From: an uncultured Gemmatimonadaceae bacterium
GTDB taxonomy: Bacteria > Gemmatimonadota > Gemmatimonadetes > Gemmatimonadales > Gemmatimonadaceae
Reading direction: 5' to 3'
Length of the DNA: 64,000 nt
NCBI GenBank assembly: GCA_963716745.1
Contig: OY970320.1
Location: 1,184,001-1,248,000, forward strand
Part shown: in pieces, positions 19,695 through 30,623 of the stretch
How the letters are laid out: each line of letters starts with the position of its first letter
Numbering within the stretch: position 1 is the stretch's first letter
The notes under the pieces: generated by a model
What the model was told of the DNA's origin: nothing
Databases searched by the model: none
The model's input: the letters and a program-made list of their open reading frames with translations, nothing else
Translations under genes and position numbers: made by a program

Positions 19695-20386
19695 GCCCAC
19701 TCAAGAAGCGACCCGCCGCCAAGAAGACCGCCAAGAAGACCGCCAAGAAGAGCGCCAGGAGACCGGCGCCCAAGCGATCCGCCGCGAAGAAGACGGCGAA
19801 GCCGGCGCCCAAGAAGGCCGCCACCAAGGGCACATCCGCTCCGGCGCCCAAGCCCATCCCGCGCTCGATCCAGCCCATCCCGAAACCGTCGCGCGCGCCG
19901 GCCGCGCGGCCGGCGCCGCTCGTCGGCATCGTCATGGGCAGCCGCACGGATCTCGATACGCTCGCGTCGGCCACAGAGATGCTCGACGCGCTGCAGGTCC
20001 CGTACGAGATGCGGATCCTTTCCGCGCACCGCACGCCCGACGAGACCGCCGCCTGGGCGAAGGGCGCGGAGGCGCGCGGGCTCGAGGTGATCATCGCCGC
20101 CGCCGGCGGCGCCGCGCATCTGCCTGGCGTCATTGCCGCGCAGACGGTGTTGCCCGTCCTCGGCGTCCCCGTCGATGCGACCTCGCTCAACGGACTGGAT
20201 GCACTCCTCTCGATCGTGCAGATGCCCAAAGGCGTGCCGGTGGGCACGCTCGCGATCGGGAAGTCGGGCGCCGCCAACGCGGCGCTCCTCGCAACGGCGA
20301 TCCTCGCCTCGAAGCGGCCAGAGCTGCGAGAGAAGCTCCGCGGCTGGCGAGCGGCAAGGGTGGCGGAAGCACTCGCGCAGAACTGA
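19691..20386 (+). CDS. purE: N5-CAIR mutase with Lys/Ala-rich N-terminal extension
   Basis: VGIVMGSRTD, SAHRTPD, AGGAAHLPG, SIVQMPKGVPV. Confidence 0.95.
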   Translation: MSPLKKRPAAKKTAKKTAKKSARRPAPKRSAAKKTAKPAPKKAATKGTSAPAPKPIPRSIQPIPKPSRAPAARPAPLVGIVMGSRTDLDTLASATEMLDALQVPYEMRILSAHRTPDETAAWAKGAEARGLEVIIAAAGGAAHLPGVIAAQTVLPVLGVPVDATSLNGLDALLSIVQMPKGVPVGTLAIGKSGAANAALLATAILASKRPELREKLRGWRAARVAEALAQN

Positions 20387-20524
20387 ACCGCGAACGGCGG
20401 GGTTAGTACCGCTAACGGCGTGTGTGGCGTTGGCGTTGGGACCGGCGCGACTCCCAACGCCAACGCCACAAACGCATCCGGCGGTACCAACCCCGCCTAT
20501 CGCGGTACCAGTCCCGCCGTCAGC
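20387..20524. repeat. Foldback element family E, copy 1
   Basis: ACCGCGAACGGCGGGGTTAGTACCGC..TGGCGTTGGCGTTGGGA / TCCCAACGCCAACGCCA..GCGGTACCAACCCCGCC. Confidence 0.9.
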
Positions 20525-21506
20525 CTTTCCTCGCCGCCGCCGCGAATCTTCGCACTATGGAACCCGCCGGCTCGATGGCGTGGATCCCATCCACCGATTT
20601 CCCCGCCTGCCAGTAATCCGCCGTTTCGCTCAATGACGACTTCTTGAGCGAATGCAATGACCTGAGCGCGTAGATCATCCGCATCCAATGCTTCCGCTTC
20701 CGCCCGCGGAGCATCCAGCGCGCGAACGGGCCGGCTCTGAGCCCCATCCGCTGGATCGTCGGCGTATCGATCACCGACACCGGCACGCCGGTGATCCGCT
20801 CCGTGAGCACGATGCGCGACGAATCGCTATCGACGATCGCCTGTTTGTACGCATCAGCCGCACGGCATTCGGGCGTCGCAATGAATCGCGTGCCCATCTG
20901 CACGCCCGCATATCCCATCTCCAGCGCCGCCACGAATTCGGGCGAATCGCCCACGCCCCCCGCGCAGATCAACGGAACCCCGAGATCGCCGAGTTCATCG
21001 ATGAGCTGCCGCGCGCTTTTCGGTCCCGCGTGGCCCCCCGCGCGATCGTTCACCGCGATCAGTCCGTGCACGCCGCCGTCGAGCCCCTTCTGCGCCCACT
21101 TCCGCTCGGTCACGTCATGGTACACTACGCCGCCGGCGCCGCGCACGGCGTCCACCACCCAACGCGGATTCCCGAGCGATGTCACGAAGAAGCGGATCCC
21201 TTCTTCCAGCGCGATGCTCACCCAGCGAACCATGCGTTCGTGATACGCGCGCGACGACTGCTCGATCAGCGCGTTCATCCCGACCGGCTTCTTCGTCAGC
21301 GACGCGATGAGCTGCAGTCCCGCGCGATACTCGTGTCCGTGCACGTACGTGAGCGAGATCGGCTGGACGATCCCGATCCCGCCGGCCTCCGACACGGCCG
21401 CGACCAGTTCCGGATTCCCGCACGGATACATCGCGCCGCCGATGAGCGGCACCTCGATGTGCGCCTGCCGCGTGAACGCGGTGTCGAGCAGCGAGACGCC
21501 GCTCAC
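20520..21506 (-). CDS. Nitronate monooxygenase family flavoprotein
   Basis: PLIGGAM..NPELVAAVSEAGGIG, AGGHAG, ICAGGVGD, GVQMGTRFIAT; GTG overlaps the upstream stop. Confidence 0.92.
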   Translation of the reverse strand: MSGVSLLDTAFTRQAHIEVPLIGGAMYPCGNPELVAAVSEAGGIGIVQPISLTYVHGHEYRAGLQLIASLTKKPVGMNALIEQSSRAYHERMVRWVSIALEEGIRFFVTSLGNPRWVVDAVRGAGGVVYHDVTERKWAQKGLDGGVHGLIAVNDRAGGHAGPKSARQLIDELGDLGVPLICAGGVGDSPEFVAALEMGYAGVQMGTRFIATPECRAADAYKQAIVDSDSSRIVLTERITGVPVSVIDTPTIQRMGLRAGPFARWMLRGRKRKHWMRMIYALRSLHSLKKSSLSETADYWQAGKSVDGIHAIEPAGSIVRRFAAAARKG

Positions 21507-21997
21507 TTCACCGCCGGCGCCGCCGGACCGATCCGCCAGCGCGCCGTGCATCGCGCGACATCCTCCCCCGCCGCGTTCCGGATCACCGCCACGAAATCGT
21601 ACTCCTGCTCCACACGCGCATCCACCGGCCCGGTCGTGCACTCCGCCGTCAGCAGCCCGCGCGCCTTCTTGAGGAATTGGATCTCGAGGCGCACTGGGAT
21701 GCCGCGCGAATCATCCGGCAATCCGAACGTGCCCGCGAGTCCCGTCGTCAACTCGCCCAGGTTCATGAGCGCGATCGCGTGGATGGACTTGAGATGGTTC
21801 CTCACGGTCCACCGGTCGCGCATCGTGGTCTTCGCATATCCTTCTCGCAATTCCACGACGCGCGCACCGATCGTGCGCGTATAAGGCGCCGTATACCCCA
21901 GCGCCTTGATGAACAACCATTTTCCGCCCGGCAGCGGACTGAGCCGGATCCACAGATCGCGCAGCCGCGCGTACGGAGAGCGCACCGGATTCGCCAT
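21503..21997 (-). CDS. Hotdog-fold protein (DUF4442/PaaI-like)
   Basis: APYTRTIGARV, VRNHLKSIHAIALMNLGE, IQFLKKARG. Confidence 0.88.
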   Translation of the reverse strand: MANPVRSPYARLRDLWIRLSPLPGGKWLFIKALGYTAPYTRTIGARVVELREGYAKTTMRDRWTVRNHLKSIHAIALMNLGELTTGLAGTFGLPDDSRGIPVRLEIQFLKKARGLLTAECTTGPVDARVEQEYDFVAVIRNAAGEDVARCTARWRIGPAAPAVK

Positions 21998-22102
21998 GAC
22001 GAACGCTATGAGTGAGTCGTACCATACGCCAGACGCCACACACGCCTCTGCGTTCCCGGTCTTGCCCTCGCGTTGAACGCCGAATAACTCTTTCTCACCT
22101 TC

Positions 22103-22981
22103 ATGGCCGACGAACCAGCGCTCTCCGCCCCTCCCGCTCCTCCCGCGCCGGCGGGGGAAGCGCCGCGCCCGGCGAAGCCCCGATCTGCGGGCCTCTGGAT
22201 CGGCGCCTGCTACAATCCCCACATCGGCCGCGAGCTGCTCGCCGCCGCCGAGCTGTTCGATCATCTCGTCATCACCGAGCCGCCGCGTCAGAGCGACCCG
22301 CATTTCCCCGCCCTTCGCGAACGGCTGGCGCTGCCGGTGCACGATTTCCACGGACAACTCTCCGATCCGGTGGACGAGCGATCCACCGAGGTGCTCAAAC
22401 AGCTCGCCGCCATCTGCAACGCACCCTGGGTCACGGAACGCGTGCAATGCCTTCGCACGCTCGACGGAAAATACGACCTCGACTCGGTCTTTCCGCCGCT
22501 GTACACCGAAGAGATGCGCGAACGCTATTCCGCCAACGCGCTCGCCCTCGCCACTGCGCTCGGCCGGCCGCTGCTCATCGAGAACGTGCCGTCCGCGTTC
22601 ACGCTGCCCGGCTCCTCAATGAGCGAAGGGCGGTTCGTCACACGCCTTCTCGAGACGAGCCCCGGCGCGCTGCTCCTGAACCTCTCGCACATCTGGGTGA
22701 GCGCCGAGCTGCGCAACGCCGACCCGTACGGCCTGATGCACGAGTATCCGCTCGAGCGCGTGTGGGTGATCCACACGGGCGGCATGGTGGAGGATCCCGA
22801 CCTCGAGGGGCCGTGGATGGCTCCCGTGGCGCCGAGCGATGAGATGATGGAGTTCACGCAGTACGCGGTGGATTGCTGCCGCGGCGTGCGCGCCGTGACG
22901 TACGACGCCGCGAGTCCCGCGCTCGAGGCGCGGCTGGTGATCGGCGCCGTCACGCAGCTCCGCGAACGGCTGGCGCGCTGA
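22103..22981 (+). CDS. Divergent DUF692 / MNIO (MbnB/TglH/ChrH-like) family protein
   Basis: Motif order matches DUF692: LPVH, PWVTER, FPPLYTEE, RPLLIENVPS, MSEGRF, LLLNLSH, YPLERVWVIHTGG. Confidence 0.78.
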   Translation: MADEPALSAPPAPPAPAGEAPRPAKPRSAGLWIGACYNPHIGRELLAAAELFDHLVITEPPRQSDPHFPALRERLALPVHDFHGQLSDPVDERSTEVLKQLAAICNAPWVTERVQCLRTLDGKYDLDSVFPPLYTEEMRERYSANALALATALGRPLLIENVPSAFTLPGSSMSEGRFVTRLLETSPGALLLNLSHIWVSAELRNADPYGLMHEYPLERVWVIHTGGMVEDPDLEGPWMAPVAPSDEMMEFTQYAVDCCRGVRAVTYDAASPALEARLVIGAVTQLRERLAR

Positions 22982-22983
22982 CC

Positions 22984-23799
22984 GTGGACGCCGACCGCAC
23001 GCTCCAGGACTCGCTGATCCGCTTGATGGCGGACGCACCGTTCCGTCACGCGCTCACCCACGTGGACGGCGGCAGCGCGTACGGCGGCCTGTCGGCCGCG
23101 CAGGTGGACAAGATCCGCGCCGGCGAAGCGCGTCGCATCGATCGCTTCGCGAAATTCCTTGCGCGCGAGTTCTATCTGCGCCGCATCACGCACTATCACA
23201 AGTACTCCCGCGCACTCTCGCGCTTCACCGGGCGATCGCCCACGGGCCTGCTCTCCACGCCGGAGTTCGCGAATCTCCTGCCCACGGTGATCCTCGGCAG
23301 CCGCACCACCGCGCGTGACATCGCGCGCCTCGTGCAGGCGTACCTCGCCGACGCGCGCGGCGCGCCGCCGTACGCCGCCGATCTCGTGCGATACGAGAAC
23401 GCGCAGCTCATCGCCGAGAGCGGTCCGCGCGTCGTTTCCAGCACCCCGCTCCGCGCGCGGCCGCAACTGGCCGTGGTGGTGAATCCTGAAGCAGCGATCC
23501 TTCGCTTCGCGTGGGACCTTCCCGCGATCTTCCAGCCCCTGCTCGCGCTCGCCGCGAACGACGACGCGGCCGCGGAGCCGCCCGAGACCGTGAAGGAGGA
23601 GACGACCCTCGTCTTCGCCCGGTCGCCGCGCGGACGCGTCACCGTGCTGCGCTGGACCGAGACCATCGAGACGCTCACCGCGTATCTCGATGGCGAGCGG
23701 CCATTGTCCGACGCGATCGACGCCGCATCGATGCCGCCGCGAGAGGGGCTCGAGATCGCGAATGCACTTCTAGATGCCGGGGTCCTGATCCCGTCCTGA
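22984..23799 (+). CDS. Putative MNIO partner protein with C-terminal RRE/winged-helix-like region
   Basis: Starts 2 nt after the MNIO stop; ADLVRYENA, LRFAWD, LVFARS..LDGERPLSD..ALLDAGVL resemble DUF2063-type partners. Confidence 0.65.
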   Translation: MDADRTLQDSLIRLMADAPFRHALTHVDGGSAYGGLSAAQVDKIRAGEARRIDRFAKFLAREFYLRRITHYHKYSRALSRFTGRSPTGLLSTPEFANLLPTVILGSRTTARDIARLVQAYLADARGAPPYAADLVRYENAQLIAESGPRVVSSTPLRARPQLAVVVNPEAAILRFAWDLPAIFQPLLALAANDDAAAEPPETVKEETTLVFARSPRGRVTVLRWTETIETLTAYLDGERPLSDAIDAASMPPREGLEIANALLDAGVLIPS

Positions 23800-23932
23800 A
23801 CCGCTGACGGCGGGACTGGCACCGCTGACGGCGGGATTGGCGTTGGATACTTCATGGGGGCCGGCGCGACGCGCCGGCCCCCAGCCTCATCTATCGCCAA
23901 TCCCGCCGTCAGCGGTACCAGTCCCGCCGTTA
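23800..23932. repeat. Foldback element family E, copy 2
   Basis: Two 21-nt units ACCGCTGACGGCGGGAYTGG, centre GGGGGCCGGCGCG-A-CGCGCCGGCCCCC, inverted units on the right. Confidence 0.92.
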
Positions 23933-23998
23933 TTGCTCCCGCACAGATCCGATGACGCGCTTCGGTCGTAGATACCCGTCCAAACCACGGGTCCCCCG

Positions 23999-24331
23999 AT
24001 GCGCACCGTTCTCGCGATCACCCTGCTTCTCCTTATTGGCCGGCCTGCGCCTCAGGCTGCCATCGCCTTGAGGGGATTCGGCGTCCACCCCGACACGCTC
24101 ACCGTCGTGGCTGGCACGCGGATCACCTTCACCAACGAAGACGACATCGAGCACACCGTCACCGCGGGCGTCCCGGATCATCCGGACGGCCGCTTCATGT
24201 CGGCGCTCAGCACCAAGGGCGCCACCTTCGCCGTGACGCTCACGAAGCCGGGGACCTACCCCTTCTTCTGCGAGCGGCACCCGTTCATGCACGGCGAGAT
24301 CCTCGTCACCTCACCGGAGAGCAAGCCATGA
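23999..24331 (+). CDS. Secreted cupredoxin (plastocyanin/amicyanin-like)
   Basis: HTVT and YPFFCERHPFMHG type-1 copper ligands H, C, H, M. Confidence 0.9.
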   Translation: MRTVLAITLLLLIGRPAPQAAIALRGFGVHPDTLTVVAGTRITFTNEDDIEHTVTAGVPDHPDGRFMSALSTKGATFAVTLTKPGTYPFFCERHPFMHGEILVTSPESKP

Positions 24332-24993
24332 CCCGTTCCACCCGCATGCCCCGCATGATCGCGCTCGCCCTCGGCGGCGTCGCCCTCGCCGGCGCGATCT
24401 CCAGCACGTCGGCGCGCCCCGCGGCGGCGCATCAACCCGCGGCGTCGATGACCGAGTGCGACCTCCGCGTCGCGCTCAATCATCTCCTGTCGGAGCACGT
24501 GTACCTCGCGTCCGACGCGACCGGCGCCGCGCTCGGCGGCCGGGATCCGGAGTTCAAGGCCGCCGTCGCCGCGCTCGACGCGAATTCCGTGGATCTCTCG
24601 AAGGCGATCGGCATGGTATACGGCCCCGACGCCGAGACCGCGTTCCTCGCGCTGTGGCGCCGTCACATCGGTTTCGTCGTGGACTACACCGTCGCGACGG
24701 CCAAGAAGGACGTGGCCGGCCAGACCAAGGCCGTGAACGCGCTGCTCGGCTATACGAATGACTTCGGCGCATTCCTGGCCGGCGCGAATCCGAATCTGCC
24801 CAAGGATGTGGTGGCGGGCCTCGTGAAGACGCACATCCTCACGCTCAAGGCCGTGATCGACGCGCAGGCCGCGGGTGATCTGGGCAAGGCCTACATGGAC
24901 GAGCGCACCGCCGCGGCGCATATGCAGATGATCGCCGATCCACTGGCGGCCGCGATTGCGAAGCAGTTCCCGGCGAAGTTCCCGATGAACTAA
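24328..24993 (+). CDS. Secreted helical His-containing protein, coupled to the cupredoxin gene
   Basis: ATGA overlap; signal peptide; LLSEHVYLA, LWRRHIGFVVDY, VKTHIL, AAHM. Confidence 0.75.
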   Translation: MTRSTRMPRMIALALGGVALAGAISSTSARPAAAHQPAASMTECDLRVALNHLLSEHVYLASDATGAALGGRDPEFKAAVAALDANSVDLSKAIGMVYGPDAETAFLALWRRHIGFVVDYTVATAKKDVAGQTKAVNALLGYTNDFGAFLAGANPNLPKDVVAGLVKTHILTLKAVIDAQAAGDLGKAYMDERTAAAHMQMIADPLAAAIAKQFPAKFPMN

Positions 24994-25150
24994 CTGCGAA
25001 CGGCGTCGCTGGTACCGCGAACGGCGGGGTTGGCACCGCCGACGGCGCGATTGGCGTTGGCGTTGGGAACTGCGACTCCGCTCGGAGCCAGCAGTTCCCA
25101 ACGCCAACGCTGAGCGCGCCGTTCGCGGTACCAATCCCGCCGTCAGCGGT
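24993..25150. repeat. Foldback element family E, copy 3
   Basis: Three degenerate 21-nt units, GCGTTGGCGTTGGGAACTGC / GCAGTTCCCAACGCCAACGC, ends GGTACCAATCCCGCCGTCAGCGGT. Confidence 0.9.
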
Positions 25151-25219
25151 TGTCACTCTCCCAACCAATCGCGCGTATGGGATGTCGAAGGTAGGTCCTC
25201 CAACCCCACCGGGCCCCTC

Positions 25220-26251
25220 ATGCGCGCTACACTCGCTGCCGCACTGCTCCTCGCTCCGACCCTTCTCGTCGCCCAATCCGATCAACGGACCCTGAGCGGC
25301 TCGAGCATCGCGATCTACAACCTCGTCGGCCAGATCCGCGCGGTGGGCGGCACGGGCAGCGACGTGTCCGTCGCGGTCACGCGCAGCGGCCCCGATGCCG
25401 CGAAGCTCTCGATCGAGACCGGGATGATCGGCGGCAAGAACACCTTCCGCGTGATCTTCCCCGATACGCACATCATCTATCCCAAGCTCGGCCGCCACTC
25501 GACCACCACGCTCGACGTGAACGATGACGGCACGTTCAACAACAGGTCTCACGGGCGTCGCGTCCGCATCAGCGGCGACGGCACCGGTCTCGAAGCCGCC
25601 GCCGACCTCGTGGTCAGCATTCCGGCGGGCAAGACCGTGGCACTCAACCTCGGCGTCGGCAGCGTGAACGTGTCCAACGTCGACGGCAACATCAGCGTGG
25701 ATGCGGACGGCGCGGACGTCACCACCGAGAACACGAAGGGCAGTCTGTCGCTCGACACCGGATCCGGCGGCGCGAAGATCACCAATGCCGAAGGCGACCT
25801 CACGATCGACAGCGGCTCCGGTGAGGTCACGATCTCCAAGGTGAAGGGCTCCATCCTGAAACTCGATTCCGGTTCCGGCGACATTCGCGCCGACGCGATC
25901 GCGGTGGACAAGGCCGATCTCGACAGCGGTTCCGGCCAGGTGACGATCAATGGTCTCGGCGCGCGCCAGATCTCACTCGACTCCGGCAGCGGCGACGTCG
26001 ACATCGGCCTCACCGGCGACGTGGACCGCCTGGTGATCGACAGCGGCTCGGGCACGGTGACGCTGCGCATCCCCTCGACGCTCGGCGCCGAGCTCGACAT
26101 CGACGCGGGCAGCGGCGGCGTGAAGGCCGACATGGCGATCCAGGTGACGCACTACGAGAGCGACCACCTCATCGGCAAGATCGGCGACGGGAAAGGGAGC
26201 ATTAAGATCGACTCGGGTTCGGGTGAGGTGCGCCTGGTGAAGTCGAACTGA
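25220..26251 (+). CDS. DUF4097 (putative adhesin) beta-strand repeat protein
   Basis: Signal peptide; many DSGSG(D/E/Q/T)V repeats. Confidence 0.9.
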   Translation: MRATLAAALLLAPTLLVAQSDQRTLSGSSIAIYNLVGQIRAVGGTGSDVSVAVTRSGPDAAKLSIETGMIGGKNTFRVIFPDTHIIYPKLGRHSTTTLDVNDDGTFNNRSHGRRVRISGDGTGLEAAADLVVSIPAGKTVALNLGVGSVNVSNVDGNISVDADGADVTTENTKGSLSLDTGSGGAKITNAEGDLTIDSGSGEVTISKVKGSILKLDSGSGDIRADAIAVDKADLDSGSGQVTINGLGARQISLDSGSGDVDIGLTGDVDRLVIDSGSGTVTLRIPSTLGAELDIDAGSGGVKADMAIQVTHYESDHLIGKIGDGKGSIKIDSGSGEVRLVKSN

Positions 26252-26253
26252 GA

Positions 26254-26339
26254 ACTGCAGACCTAGACGCTAGACCTAGACGCTAGAAGGCGAAGGGCGT
26301 CGCGTTCTAACGTCTAGGTCTAGCGTCCAGCTCTGCAGT
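26254..26339. repeat. Foldback element family C, copy 2
   Basis: ACTGCAGACCTAGACGCTAGACCTAGACGCTAGAA ... TTCTAACGTCTAGGTCTAGCGTCCAGCTCTGCAGT. Confidence 0.9.
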
Positions 26340-26356
26340 ATCGACATGATTGTGGC

Positions 26357-26809
26357 ATGGACGCACCCAACATCGCCGAGCTGAGCACCGAAGAGATCAC
26401 CGCCTTCCTCGACCGCAACCACGTCGGCCGCATCGCGTACTCAATGCATGACCGCGTGAACATCGAGCCGATCCATTACGTGCACGCCGCCGGCTGGCTC
26501 TACGGGCGCACATCGAAGGGGGCCAAACTCACCACGCTGCAGAAGAACATGTGGGTCGCGTTCGAGGTCGACGAGGTGAAGTCACTCTTCGACTGGCAGA
26601 GCGTGGTGGTGCACGGTGGCATCTACATCGTAGATCCCGAGACTCCACTGGGCGCGAAGGACGAGTGGAGCCACGCCCTCACCCTGCTGCGGAAACTCCT
26701 GCCCGCCACCTTCCGTGAGGACGACCCCGTTCCCTTCCGCGATGTCGTGTTCCGCATCGCTGTGCAGGAAGTGACGGGGAGGCGTTCATCGAGCAACGTG
26801 CATCGTTGA
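26357..26809 (+). CDS. Pyridoxamine 5'-phosphate oxidase family (NimA-like) flavin-binding protein
   Basis: VGRIAY, GAKL, VAFEVD, WQSVVVHG, VTGRR. Confidence 0.88.
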   Translation: MDAPNIAELSTEEITAFLDRNHVGRIAYSMHDRVNIEPIHYVHAAGWLYGRTSKGAKLTTLQKNMWVAFEVDEVKSLFDWQSVVVHGGIYIVDPETPLGAKDEWSHALTLLRKLLPATFREDDPVPFRDVVFRIAVQEVTGRRSSSNVHR

Positions 26810-26848
26810 TCGTAATCTAGGCACGATGCCCGATGCACGATGTACGCA

Positions 26849-27551
26849 TCACGTCCCTCCAAACCACTCGTACCCCTCGTCGCTCCAGTATCCTCCATTC
26901 TGCGCCGGCAGGAACACGACCTTCGTGAGGTATTTCGTGTTCTTGTAGCCGAGCTTCACGGGCGAGTGCACGCGTGCCGGCGCACCGTGGTCGGGGCCGA
27001 GCATGTGATCGTCCATGGCGTACGCGACGAGCGTCTGCGGATGCATCGCGCTCGCGAGATCCCAGGACTCGTGGTAGTTGTCGTCAAAACTCTGGAAGTC
27101 GACGAAGCCGGCATCCGGAGTCACGCCCGCCAGCTGCGCGAGCGTGCTCACGCGCACGCCTCGCCACACCGCGACCGCGGTCCATCCCTCGACGCAGAAA
27201 TGGTCCACCCGCTGCTGGATCGCGGGCAGCTTCATCAGATCATCCAGCGACAGCTTGAGCGGCGTCTTCACTGCACCGCTCACTTCGAGCGACCATGGGC
27301 CGCGCACTCTCTCGTCCCACATCGGCACGTGGTCCGAGATGAAGTACGATGGGAACGAGTGTCCGGCGGAGAGCGCCCGCGCGCTCGCGCGGTCGATCGA
27401 GCGGTGACGGAAGAGGCCCGCTTCGACGATCTGATTCTTCTTCTCCGCGAACTGGAGCAACGGCTGCGCGGCGCGCGGTCCCTGGCTGTCGCACGCCTCG
27501 AGCACCGCCGCGGCGAGCGCGAAGGCGCCCGTGCGCAGGAAGTCGCGTCGA

Positions 27552-27562
<11 letters not shown>
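26849..27562 (-). CDS. Tat-exported molybdopterin oxidoreductase (sulfite oxidase/MsrP-like)
   Basis: DRRDFL Tat motif, LEAC lipobox, HFCVEGW, HGAPAR, PVKLGYKNTK. Confidence 0.9.
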
Positions 27563-29154
<1,592 letters not shown>

Positions 29155-29464
29155 CTGAACTACAACTGCGACTTCGTCACTTGCACGCTTCGCTCTGCAG
29201 TCAACAGTAAACAGTCATTGAGTAATGGCCAGTCGACAGTCAACAGTCGACAGCCAACAGAAAACTGATCGAGGGGGCGGTGAGTGCGCTGTGCACTCGT
29301 CGCCCCCTCGTTGACTGCGGCCAGTAACGGCGCACCTACCTCGCGCGCGGAACCGCTTTCTGTTGGCTGTAGACTGTTGACTGTTGACTGGCAGTCACTC
29401 AATGACTGTTTACTGTTGACTGCAAAGTGAATCGTGCAAGTGATGCAGTCCGCAGTTCACTCAG
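29155..29464. repeat. ~310-nt foldback element with CAGTC(A/G)A heptamers (element F)
   Basis: ~105-nt arms including TGCAGTCAACAGTAAACAGTCATTGAGT / ACTCAATGACTGTTTACTGTTGACTGCA; internal hairpin CGAGGGGGCG..CGCCCCCTCG. Confidence 0.93.
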
Positions 29465-30503
29465 AAGCCTTCCGGACCAATGGAGAGTAGCCCACCCCCT
29501 CCGGCTCCCGTCCAACGAAAACCGTCCCAATAATATCTCTCTTCCCAACCGACACGATCGCGATCCCATCCACCGCCCCCAATGCCACGAACGCCCACGC
29601 GCCGTCCGGCGTCATGGCGATCCCCAAGGGCACAGTATTACTCTCATAACCCTCGGCCGACGTCGCGCCGTGCATCGCCGCTTTCGAGATCTGCATCCGG
29701 ATCGCGTTCACTTCCTTGCGCGTCGCCACATCGATCACGCGCAGTTCGGAGGATTTCGCGCAGGTCACCAACGCCAGCTTTCCATCGGGCGTGAAGCGGA
29801 TGCGCATGGGATAATTTCCCGTCCCGATCGTCGCGAGCACCGACAGATCGTTCGCGGAGAGCACCGTGATCCCGTTCGACGCGCGGCTCGTCACCCACAC
29901 TTCCTGGCCGTCGGGACGCAACGCGAGTCCCTCGGCGCCCTTCGGCAGCACTGCCGTCTTCAGCGTCGAGCGCGCCGCCACGTCGATGATGGACACGCTG
30001 CCCGACACGAGATTCGTGACGTACGCGCGGCTGCCGTCGGCTGAGAGCGCGAATAGCTGCGAGCCCGCCTGTCCCGTGCGGATCACCGCCGTCACCACGC
30101 CGCTGTCCACGTTGAGCACGAGGATCGCGCTGTCCGATTCGCTCGTCACGAGCGCGTTCTTCCCGTCGGGAAGCCACACGATACCGTGCGGCCGCCGGTG
30201 CGGCGCGAGCGAGATCGTCCGGTCGAGCGCGCCCTGCGAGATGTCGATCACATCGATCGTCGAGCCGGCGGCACGCGGCGGCCCGTAGTCGCTTACGAGC
30301 GCGAACTTCCCGTCGGGCGACACCGCCACTTCATGCGGCCCCTCCCCCGTCGCGATCGTGGCCGTCACAGCGCGCGTCTTGAGATCCACGAGCGACACCG
30401 TGGACCCCGCCTTGTTCACCACCACCACCGTCCCCGTCTGCGCGGCCGCCGTTGCCGTGCATACGAGAACCGTCGCCATCGCCAAGGCTCTACCTGCTCT
30501 CAT
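29457..30503 (-). CDS. Secreted YncE/YVTN beta-propeller protein
   Basis: GGAGG RBS; signal peptide; TGEGPHEVAVSPDG, PHGI..PDG, TGNYP..TPDG repeats. Confidence 0.88.
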   Translation of the reverse strand: MRAGRALAMATVLVCTATAAAQTGTVVVVNKAGSTVSLVDLKTRAVTATIATGEGPHEVAVSPDGKFALVSDYGPPRAAGSTIDVIDISQGALDRTISLAPHRRPHGIVWLPDGKNALVTSESDSAILVLNVDSGVVTAVIRTGQAGSQLFALSADGSRAYVTNLVSGSVSIIDVAARSTLKTAVLPKGAEGLALRPDGQEVWVTSRASNGITVLSANDLSVLATIGTGNYPMRIRFTPDGKLALVTCAKSSELRVIDVATRKEVNAIRMQISKAAMHGATSAEGYESNTVPLGIAMTPDGAWAFVALGAVDGIAIVSVGKRDIIGTVFVGREPEGVGYSPLVRKASE

Positions 30504-30623
30504 CTCTCCTCCGCGATCTGGATTCCAGACTCCAGAATGTACCTCGAACGCACGTCTGTCGACGCACGACTCCCGACTCTCGCCTCTTGTCGTTGTTTGT
30601 TTGAACCCCCCATCTTCCCAATC

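Noticed and set aside
22008..22076. 22-aa ORF MSESYHTPDATHASAFPVLPSR as the MNIO precursor
   Set aside because: No RBS, no Cys, and it overlaps a D-element fragment
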